Positions 1 to 7,038 of a stretch of 64,000 nt of DNA are shown here, piece by piece. Source of the stretch: Solirubrobacterales bacterium. Lineage in GTDB: Bacteria > Actinomycetota > Thermoleophilia > Solirubrobacterales > 70-9. The position numbers and the translations under genes were made by a program. Position 1 is the stretch's first letter. Every line of letters begins with the position of its first letter. The notes under the pieces were generated by a model that worked only from the letters and a program-made list of their open reading frames with translations, was not told the DNA's origin and made no database searches. The stretch is from contig JBIOWB010000143.1 of assembly GCA_044868125.1 (NCBI GenBank), positions 2,150-66,149 on the forward strand, written 5' to 3'.

Positions 1-45
1 GAATGCCGAAAACTCCAGATAGCCGCAAAACCTGACAACGCTCGA

Positions 46-93
46 CGCGGAATCATAATCCGCGTGTCGGGGGTTTGAGTCCTCCTCCGGCAT
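46..93 (+). other. orphan tRNA-like 3' fragment (CAU anticodon arm, T arm, 3' acceptor strand) without a 5' half
   Basis: 47-51/59-63 form a stem with loop AUCAUAA. 69-73/81-85 form a GGGGG/CCUCC stem with loop UUUGAGU, followed by UCCGGCA. No D arm or complementary 5' acceptor strand at tRNA spacing. The T loop deviates from UUCGA. Confidence 0.3.
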
Positions 94-613
94 GGCATCA
101 GCAAGCGGAATGTGCCGCTTCCCGAGGTCGAGAGGGTCCGATGTGGCAGGGGAGTGGCATGGCGACTGCCAAAAGCGCGCTGAGCTTGGGCGTATTGGTC
201 GAGTGCGGCCCAGCACTGCTGGCGATCTGCTTCAATGTGGGTGCGTGGATCGGGCGTGATGCAAGGCACGCGACCCATTGACCGCAGACGCCATATGAGC
301 GCAGACGGCGAAGGTCCACGCCGACGGCCAAGGCCACCGACGACCTGGCACAGCCGCCAGCCTTTGCGCTGAAGAGCGCACTGAAAGGATATCCCAAAGG
401 TCGTCCCAAGACCGATATCGAGTCCCGGCGGGGTCCAAACCTAGCCGGGACTTCTTGGTTCTGGTTGAGGTCTCACCCGCCCACCGCCTTGACAATCGGC
501 AGCTGCATTGTCACCGCAGCACACGGCTTCGGCTGTCGTGCCGATACGGAGCGGTCTCTGCTTTGCGGCCCGATCACGCTTGCGACACCAGCGCTCCATT
601 CAGACATAGCATT

Positions 614-1004
614 TCAGCTTCCGAGCGCGTACCGCAGGTAGAGCGTGCCCTTGCTGGAGCTGCGGTGGTCGAGGAGGTGGAGGCGAAGGTGGGAGTGGAT
701 GGGGAGGGCAGGCTCGCCGGCTCCGATTGCGATCGGGGCCAGGAGGAGGTGGATCTCGTCGACCAGGTCGGCTTCAATCGCCTGGGCGGCCAGCGCGGCG
801 CCGACGACGCCGATCTCGCGGTCTGCGGTCTCCTCTGAGTTGGCGCACGCTCTCCGGATCGAAGCTGCGCTCGAGCTTGGTGCGGGAGGTCGATTTGACG
901 TGATTACGGCATGCGGGGGCTGAAAATACGGTGGTTTCGCTGATGCGAGGGGGGCCTTTCGGGCGTACCTTCGGTTGGCAATCAGCAATCGAGACAGGAG
1001 GCAA
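614..1004 (-). pseudogene. frameshifted C-terminal remnant of a RibD_C / dihydrofolate-reductase-like family gene
   Basis: ORF 614-1009 ends REIGVVGAALAAQAIEADLVDEIHLLLAPIAIGAGEPALP...TLYLRYA, a RibD_C-type C-terminus. The preceding segment (HVKSTSRTKLERS) lies in another frame (ORF 774-1004). The N-terminal third is absent. Confidence 0.45.
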
Positions 1005-1008
1005 CGCA

Positions 1009-1302
1009 ATGCAGCTCTACGGAATCCTTCGCCGCAACGGCTGGGCCACGCTGGAGGATCTGGAGGTCGCCGGGAAACGGTCGGCTGAAGTCGGGGACAC
1101 GCCCGGCTCGGGCGTTCGCTGGATCCGCAGCTACGCGCTCTCCGAGGAGAGCGGCGAGATCGGGACGTTCTGCGTCTACGAAGGCGAGAGCGTGGAGGCG
1201 ATCCGCAAACATGCGGAAGACTCCGACCTTCCCTGCGACGAGGTGATCGAGATCGCGACCACGGTCGTCGTCCGCCCCGACCCGGTAGCCGCCGCTAACT
1301 GA
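1009..1302 (+). CDS. DUF4242-type small protein (SCO4226-like)
   Basis: Starts MQLYGILRR; contains GVRWIRSYALSEESGEIGTFCVYEGESVEAIRKHAEDSDLPCDEV. AGGAGG lies 7 nt upstream of ATG 1009. The ORF-track start at 931 is probably too early. Confidence 0.7.
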   Translation: MQLYGILRRNGWATLEDLEVAGKRSAEVGDTPGSGVRWIRSYALSEESGEIGTFCVYEGESVEAIRKHAEDSDLPCDEVIEIATTVVVRPDPVAAAN

Positions 1303-1312
1303 GCTCCCACAG

Positions 1313-1365
1313 TCGCCGACGGGACGATTTCGGTCTATATAGGCCCGTTTTCGTCCCGTCGGCGA
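1313..1365. repeat. palindromic element, copy 1 (15-bp perfect arms, 23-nt spacer); possible terminator/operator
   Basis: TCGCCGACGGGACGA (1313-1327) and TCGTCCCGTCGGCGA (1351-1365) are exact reverse complements. Related copies at 33816-33866 and 44013-44059. Confidence 0.8.
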
Positions 1366-1376
1366 TTTGGCGTACC

Positions 1377-1382
1377 TAGACT
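1377..1382 (+). promoter_or_regulatory. candidate -10 box TAGACT, 6 nt upstream of GTG 1389 (leaderless geometry)
   Basis: TAnnnT hexamer. No room for a Shine-Dalgarno sequence. The same hexamer and spacing occur at glk (44072-44077). Confidence 0.4.
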
Positions 1383-1388
1383 GATTTC

Positions 1389-4253
1389 GTGATGAGTGCG
1401 CGGACCCCGCTCGTCGGCCGGGCGACCGAGCTCGCCCGCATCGAGGAGGCAGCCGAGCGGGCCCGAGACGGCGCCGGCTCGATCCTGCTGCTCTGCGGCG
1501 AGGCGGGGATCGGCAAGAGCCGGCTGGCGGAAGAGGCCACCGGTACTTCGGAGCTGGTCCTGCGGGGAGCGGCAACCGAGGGCTCAGCCGTGCCCTACGG
1601 CCCGATCGTCGGCGCTCTGCGCTCCCGCCTGCGCGAGGAGCCGCGGGCGCTCGACGACTGCGGCTCGCTCCTCCCCCACCTCGCCCTCCTTCTGCCCGAG
1701 CTGGGTGAGCCCGCCACCGAGAGCGAACGGGCGACGATCTTCGAGGCGGTGCGCTGCGCCTTCGCCCACCTCAGCGCCGAGCGGTCGGCGACGGTCGTCC
1801 TCGACGACCTGCAGTGGTCCGACGAGACGACCCTGGAGCTGCTCGCCGCCCTGGCCGAGCCGCTGCGGCAGATGCCGGTCCTGGTGCTCGCCGCCTACCG
1901 GTCCGACGTCCTCCCCCGCGACCACCGGCTGCGCTGGCTGCGCAACGAGCTCCGGCGTGGCGGCCACCTGCGGGAGGTGGCGCTGGAGCCGCTCGACCGC
2001 GAGGGCGTCGCCGAGCTGCTGGAGGCGCTGCTTCCGAAGCAGCCCTCGCCCTCGCTGGTGAGAGCGATCCACGACCGGACGATGGGATCGCCGTTCTTCG
2101 TCAGGGAGCTGGTCATCGCCCTGCAGGTGAGGGACGCCCTGCGCTCCGGCAGCCGCGGCCTGGAGTTGGCGGATCGGGACGAGCTGCCGCTTCCCGACAC
2201 GATCCGGGAAGCCGTGCTCGTCGGAGTCTCCGATCTCTCGGAAGAGGCCCGCGCCGCCGCCGAGGCAGCCGCCGTCAGCGGACCGCAGCTCGACCTCCGC
2301 CTCGTCGACGAGCTGGCGAGCGAAGCGGGCCTCGCCGAGCTGATCGAGAAGGGCCTGCTCGAGGAGCGGGACCCCGGGCTGATCGCCTTCCGTCACGCCC
2401 TGGCGCAGGAGGCGCTCTACGCAGAGGTTCCGTGGATGCGCCGTCGCGAGCTCCACCGTCGGTTGGCGGAAGCGGTGGAACGGCTCGACGGTCCCAGTCT
2501 CGAGGTCGCGACGCACTGGCTGGGCGCCGGCGACGAGCCTCGCGCCCGCGAAGCGCTGGTCGAGGCGACGCGGGAGTCCGAGCGCCTCCACGCCTACCGC
2601 GACGCGACCCGGGCAGCGCGTCAGGCGCTCGAGCTGTGGCCGGAGGAAGAGGATCGCGACCTCCGCCTGGAGACGTTGGAGCGATACGGACGCTGCGCCG
2701 AGATCGCCGGCGAGATGTCGGAGGCGGCGAAAGCCTGGCGAGAGCTGGCGAGGGGGTGCGACCGACGCGACGACGGCACCGGGTATGCATGGGCGCAGCG
2801 CCGCCTCGCCGGCGTCTGCGAGCTGACCGGAGAGCGCGACAACGCCTTCGCCGCCCGGCGCCTCGCCGCTGAGGCCTTCGCCGGCGCCGGCCTGCCAGCA
2901 GAGGCGGCGTTGGAGCGGCTGGCAATGGCCGACCACCATCGCCGTGGCGCCCGCTACGGCGAGGCGATCGAGCTGGCGGAGCTGGCCGCCGCGGAGGCAG
3001 GCGCGGCCGAGCGGGTCGACCTGCAGGCACGGCTGCTTGGCTTGAAGGGGGTGGCGCAGGCCAAGGGCGGCGAGTTCGAACAGGGGCTCGCCTCGGTGCA
3101 GGATGGGTTGGCGCTGGCACTGGGGGAAGACCTGACGCCGGTCGCCGCCGAGCTCTACCAGCGCCTCAGCCTCGTCCTCTACGACGGCGCCGACTACCGC
3201 CGCGCCGAGGAGGCGCTCGACACCGCCCTCGGTCTCTGCCGCACCGAGGGCGACACCGGCACCGAAGTCGCCTGCGTCACCTGCCTGGTCTACGTGCTGC
3301 GGGAGCGGGGCGAGTGGTCGCGGGGCGAGCAGCTCGGGCGCGAGCTGATCGACTCCGGCACCGCCGTCTGGGTGGCCGAAGGACTGATCGGCGCGATCCA
3401 CGCCTTCCAGGGGAAGCTTGCCTCCGCCCGCCGCCTGCTCACCGCCTCGCGCGGCGTCTCCTCCTCGGTCGGCCACTACAACATGTACGTCGACTCGACC
3501 ACGGCCCTGGCGATGGTCGCCGCCGCCGAAGGCTTGGACGACGAGGCGTCCAGGCACTGCCGCGAGCTGCTCGCCCGCTGGGAGGAGAGCGAGGACCACC
3601 ATTACGCGGTCTGGGGGATGCGCTGGGCGGCCGCCTTCCATGCCCGCCACGGCGAACGCGACGGCGCCGGCGCCGGCGCCGAGGCCCTGAGCCGGATGGC
3701 TGCCGAAGCGGGCCACCCCGACGCGCTTGCCGCTCTCGCCCAGGCGCTCGGGGAGCTGGCGCTGCTGGAAGGCGACGCGGAGGCCGCGGCCGAACACCTC
3801 TCACGCGCTGTCGAGCTCCACCGCAGCCTGGCGATCCCCCACGAGCGGGCCCAGATCGAACTGCGGGCCGGGGTCGTCCTCGCCGCCGCGGGCGAGCGCG
3901 AGGAGGCGCTGGAGCGGCTCTGCGACGCCTACCGCTGCGCCCGCAAGCTCGGCGCCGGGCCGCTCGCCTCGGCAGCGGCGCAGGAGGTGGCGGCGCTGGG
4001 CGAGTCGGTGGCGCAGCGGCTCGGCAGCCGCGCCGCGGCGGCCTCCGAAGACGGCGTCGCGCTCACCCGTCGCGAGCTCGAGGTGCTGCGCCACGTCGCG
4101 GTCGGCCGCACCAACCGCGAGATCGCCCAGGAGCTGTTCATCAGCCAGCGCACCGTCGACATGCACGTCCGCAACCTGCTCGGAAAGCTCGACTGCCGCT
4201 CGCGGGTCGAGGCGAGCCACCGCGCCGGCGAGCTGGGACTGCTGGATGCGTAG
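1389..4253 (+). CDS. LAL-type (large ATP-binding) LuxR-family transcriptional regulator
   Basis: N-terminal P-loop GEAGIGKSRL and Walker B VVLDDLQWSD, a long helical/TPR-like middle, and a C-terminal LuxR HTH (LTRRELEVLRHVAVGRTNREIAQELFISQRTVDMHVRNLLGKL). Confidence 0.9.
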   Translation: MMSARTPLVGRATELARIEEAAERARDGAGSILLLCGEAGIGKSRLAEEATGTSELVLRGAATEGSAVPYGPIVGALRSRLREEPRALDDCGSLLPHLALLLPELGEPATESERATIFEAVRCAFAHLSAERSATVVLDDLQWSDETTLELLAALAEPLRQMPVLVLAAYRSDVLPRDHRLRWLRNELRRGGHLREVALEPLDREGVAELLEALLPKQPSPSLVRAIHDRTMGSPFFVRELVIALQVRDALRSGSRGLELADRDELPLPDTIREAVLVGVSDLSEEARAAAEAAAVSGPQLDLRLVDELASEAGLAELIEKGLLEERDPGLIAFRHALAQEALYAEVPWMRRRELHRRLAEAVERLDGPSLEVATHWLGAGDEPRAREALVEATRESERLHAYRDATRAARQALELWPEEEDRDLRLETLERYGRCAEIAGEMSEAAKAWRELARGCDRRDDGTGYAWAQRRLAGVCELTGERDNAFAARRLAAEAFAGAGLPAEAALERLAMADHHRRGARYGEAIELAELAAAEAGAAERVDLQARLLGLKGVAQAKGGEFEQGLASVQDGLALALGEDLTPVAAELYQRLSLVLYDGADYRRAEEALDTALGLCRTEGDTGTEVACVTCLVYVLRERGEWSRGEQLGRELIDSGTAVWVAEGLIGAIHAFQGKLASARRLLTASRGVSSSVGHYNMYVDSTTALAMVAAAEGLDDEASRHCRELLARWEESEDHHYAVWGMRWAAAFHARHGERDGAGAGAEALSRMAAEAGHPDALAALAQALGELALLEGDAEAAAEHLSRAVELHRSLAIPHERAQIELRAGVVLAAAGEREEALERLCDAYRCARKLGAGPLASAAAQEVAALGESVAQRLGSRAAAASEDGVALTRRELEVLRHVAVGRTNREIAQELFISQRTVDMHVRNLLGKLDCRSRVEASHRAGELGLLDA

Positions 4254-4821
4254 GTCGCGGTTCGTGGCACTGCTTCTGGTTGCCGTCGCCGTACCGGCGG
4301 GCTGCGGATCGGGCGGCTCGACCTCGACCACGAAGGCCCCCTCCGGCAACACCAACATCCACGAACGTCCGGGACAGCAGGCGACCTCGCTGCACCTCAG
4401 CGCTGCCGACTGCGAGGCGCTGGCGGCGACGGTGGCGCGGCAGACCGGGCACCAGGTGCAGCGCCAGTCGGAGCCGACCCCGCCCAACTCCCGCTGCCAA
4501 CTCCAGGGCCGCGGGGTTCACATATCGATCTCCCTCGACACCGCTTACGAGGCGCGACAGCGGTACTCGAACCGGATCGACGAGCAGGTGCAGTTCAACG
4601 CCGCCGACCCGACGAAAGTGCCCCACGCGGTGCCCGGCGTCGGCGACAAGGGCGCCTACAACCAGAACGCCACCTGGATTCCCGCCTACAGCACCCTCTG
4701 GGCGGTCCGCGGCAACCGTTGGCTCACGGTCGTCTACTCGATCGCCGGCGAGACCCGCCCGCAGCGGCTGGCCGCCGCCGCGCCCCTCGCCCGCCAGGCC
4801 TTCAGGCTGACGGCTCGCTAG
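4246..4821 (+). CDS. hypothetical lipoprotein
   Basis: MRRSRFVALLLVAVAVPAGCGSGG lipobox-like signal. ATG 4246 overlaps the regulator's stop (ATGCGTAG). The ORF-track start at 3727 is an in-frame artefact. Confidence 0.6.
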   Translation: MRRSRFVALLLVAVAVPAGCGSGGSTSTTKAPSGNTNIHERPGQQATSLHLSAADCEALAATVARQTGHQVQRQSEPTPPNSRCQLQGRGVHISISLDTAYEARQRYSNRIDEQVQFNAADPTKVPHAVPGVGDKGAYNQNATWIPAYSTLWAVRGNRWLTVVYSIAGETRPQRLAAAAPLARQAFRLTAR

Positions 4822-5242
4822 ACGGCGGGATCTCGACCATCACGGTCACCGGGCCGTCGTTGATCAGCGCCACGCCCATGCAGGCGCCGAAGACGCCCTT
4901 CTTTGCCCCCAGCCGCTCGCAGAAGCGGTCGTAGAGGGGCTCGGCGGCCTCCGGCCGGGCGGCTCCCGTGTAGCTGGGCCGATTGCCCTTGCGGGCGTCG
5001 CCGTAGAGGGTGAACTGGCTGACGCAAAGGACCGCCCGCTCCCCGAGCGGCTCGTTCATCCGCCCCTCGGCGTCGTCGAAGATCCGCAGCTTCCGCACCT
5101 TCTCGGCCAGCCGGTCGGCCTCCTCCTCCCGGTCGCCGACGGCAACGCCGAGCAGGACCAGCATCCCCGGGCCGATCTGGGCAACGCGATCGCCCTCGAC
5201 GTCGACCGCCGCCTGGCTGACGCGCTGGACCAGGGCGCGAAT
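4802..5242 (-). CDS. dtd: D-aminoacyl-tRNA deacylase
   Basis: (I/M)RALVQRVSQAAVDVEGDRVAQIGPGMLVLLGV...SQFTLYGDARKGNRPS...NDGPVT matches Dtd end to end. The conserved N-terminus is only included if translation starts at ATT 5242, or slightly later at CTG 5233. The first ATG is at 5164. Confidence 0.85.
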   Translation of the reverse strand: MRALVQRVSQAAVDVEGDRVAQIGPGMLVLLGVAVGDREEEADRLAEKVRKLRIFDDAEGRMNEPLGERAVLCVSQFTLYGDARKGNRPSYTGAARPEAAEPLYDRFCERLGAKKGVFGACMGVALINDGPVTVMVEIPPSSEPSA

Positions 5243-6469
5243 CTAGGGAACCACCCTGATCAGCGGGTGCTTCGAGCCATGATGCCGGCGCTTCTTCGAC
5301 CTGACGCAGCGCATCCTGCCTTTGACCTTCTTCCGCTTCAGGCCCTTGCGGCACTGCTTGTGCCGTGGCGGCGGCGCGGACAGCGCGGTCCCCGGAGGCG
5401 TGACGGCGGGCGGCGTCGCGATCGTCGCCGGTGGTTGGCCGGCTGGCGCCGTCCCCAGGTGGGCGTCGATCGCGGAGACCGACCCCCCGGTCGCCAGCGA
5501 AATCACGTTGGCGGCGGCCAGGGTCGTCTGGTTGTTCCAGAACCGGGTCGGGAACCCGTCGTCTTCTTCTTCGAATTCTTCCCCGAACCACTCTTCGAAG
5601 TCGATCGAGAAGACGACCTTGTAATCGCCACCGCGCAACCGGTCGAGCGTGTAGGCCCCGCCTGCTTCGGTCGCCGCGCAGATCCAGAGCTCGCCGGTGG
5701 CGGCTTCGACGGCACAGACCGGGATTTTCTCCAATGCCGCGCCCGTCACGGCGGAGGAGACATGACCCGAGATCGTCGCGCCGGGGTCGAGCGCGGCGTC
5801 GATGCCGCTGGCGGTATCTCCCGCTCCCAATACCACCGGATCGGCTTCATTCCAGTTCGCATGGCCGTCGTAGAACTCGCCGACCAGGTTCTGGCCGCTT
5901 TCGTAAGGCTGGAATTCGACCCCGTATTCGCCCGCTTCCAGCTCTTCGAGCGTGTAGGAGCCGTCGGGTTCGGTGTAGGCGCAGTCGGCGAAGCCTGCGC
6001 CGGAGACAGGATAGGCGCAGACTTCCACCCCTTCGACCGGCTGGCCGTCGGAGGACTGGGTCACCGTGCCGGCGATGCGCGAGAAGGGAACGAGCTCCGC
6101 ATCCACCCCGGTCACCGCTTCGTTGCCGACGGCGACCAGGCCCTGGCGGGGAGCGGTGAAGTAGCCGACCCGGCGGGCGTAGAACCAGACTTCGTATTCC
6201 CCGGCCGGGAGGCTTTCGATCGCGTACGTCCCGTCAGCCGCCGTGTATTCGCAAGATTTGATGAAGACCGGTTCGAAGCGCGTGGCGCAGACTTCCACCC
6301 CTGCGATGCCGTCGTGGCTGACAGCGTCGGTGATCGTTCCTTCGATCCCGCCGGTGAAGACGGCCGAGGCGGCGGCGGGCATGAGCGCCGCCGCACAGAG
6401 AGGGGCCGCGAGCGCCGACAGCACCCGCACCCCCCTAGCCTTGTCGCTAAGTCCCCCTGGAGAAATCAA
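5243..6469 (-). CDS. secreted protein with three CarboxypepD_reg-like beta-sandwich repeats and a polybasic Cys-containing tail
   Basis: Signal-like N-terminus. Three repeats of the pattern G.V....G..(GVEVCA/IPVCA)...C.YT..DG.Y.L..L..GEY.V.F. C-terminus RHKQCRKGLKRKKVKGRMRCVRSKKRRHHGSKH. Confidence 0.65.
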   Translation of the reverse strand: MISPGGLSDKARGVRVLSALAAPLCAAALMPAAASAVFTGGIEGTITDAVSHDGIAGVEVCATRFEPVFIKSCEYTAADGTYAIESLPAGEYEVWFYARRVGYFTAPRQGLVAVGNEAVTGVDAELVPFSRIAGTVTQSSDGQPVEGVEVCAYPVSGAGFADCAYTEPDGSYTLEELEAGEYGVEFQPYESGQNLVGEFYDGHANWNEADPVVLGAGDTASGIDAALDPGATISGHVSSAVTGAALEKIPVCAVEAATGELWICAATEAGGAYTLDRLRGGDYKVVFSIDFEEWFGEEFEEEDDGFPTRFWNNQTTLAAANVISLATGGSVSAIDAHLGTAPAGQPPATIATPPAVTPPGTALSAPPPRHKQCRKGLKRKKVKGRMRCVRSKKRRHHGSKHPLIRVVP

Positions 6470-6506
6470 GCGCGCTGGAGTATATGGGTACTGGCCAATT
6501 TCCGGC

Positions 6507-7025
6507 TCATGCTTCGAGTGACTCGATCAGCGAGGAAGAGTCATACGCGCCGAAGAAACGCTCGCCGTTGACGAAGAAGGTGGGCGTGCCGGTGGCGGCG
6601 CTGGCCGCGGCGGAGGCGAGGTCGCGGGCGATGCGGTCGCGGTGTGCGCCGGAGTCGATCTCGGCGGCGAGCCGGTCGGCGTCCAGGCCGAGGTCCCGCC
6701 CGATCTCCAGCATCGTCTCCAGCGAGAGCTTCGGTTGGCTCGCGTAGAGGGCGTCGTGGTACTCCCAGAACCTCCCCTGCGCGGCGGCCGCCTCGCTCGC
6801 TTCCGCCGCCAGCATCGCCAGCGGGTGCCTCTCGGGGATCGGCAGGTGGCGGAACGCGAACAGCAACCGCTCCCCCAACTGCTCGCGCACCCGCCGCAGG
6901 CTCTTCTGCGCGCCGAGGCAGAACGGGCATTGGAAGTCGCCGAACATCACCAGCTGCAGCGGCGCCCCGCGCTCGCCCCGCACGTGGTCGACGCCCTCCA
7001 ACGGAGGTGAGAGCCGTTCCGCCAT
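6507..7025 (-). CDS. DsbA-family thioredoxin-fold protein
   Basis: FGDFQCPFC active-site motif and GTPTFFVNG near the C-terminus. Likely start is MAERL at 7025. No signal peptide seen. Confidence 0.8.
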   Translation of the reverse strand: MAERLSPPLEGVDHVRGERGAPLQLVMFGDFQCPFCLGAQKSLRRVREQLGERLLFAFRHLPIPERHPLAMLAAEASEAAAAQGRFWEYHDALYASQPKLSLETMLEIGRDLGLDADRLAAEIDSGAHRDRIARDLASAAASAATGTPTFFVNGERFFGAYDSSSLIESLEA

Positions 7026-7038
7026 CGGACACGATGTT

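Noticed and set aside
1584-3797. 737-aa minus-strand ORF antisense to the LAL regulator. Similar giants occur at 6541-8604, 11670-13997, 15172-16896, 16875-18746, 23139-24677, 48499-51555, 51540-53366 and 60371-62425.
   Set aside because: They are Arg/Gly/Asp/Pro-rich with no motifs. Each lies exactly opposite or out of frame to a gene with clear family motifs and high GC3. These are the expected stop-poor shadow frames of 70% GC DNA.
3727-4245. Upstream in-frame extensions of real genes in the ORF track. Examples are 3727-4245 for the lipoprotein, 35342-35716 for rimI, 36914-37522 for tsaE, 58626-58862 for rpsA and 27731-27793 for the lldD-like gene.
   Set aside because: The extensions are Arg/Pro-rich, overlap the preceding gene, and precede well-placed internal starts that match the family N-termini.
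1389-4253. The P-loop plus TPR-like plus HTH architecture, considered as a STAND-type defence NTPase.
   Set aside because: The C-terminal LuxR HTH and overall layout match the MalT/LAL regulator class. There is no effector (nuclease, protease or TIR) domain.
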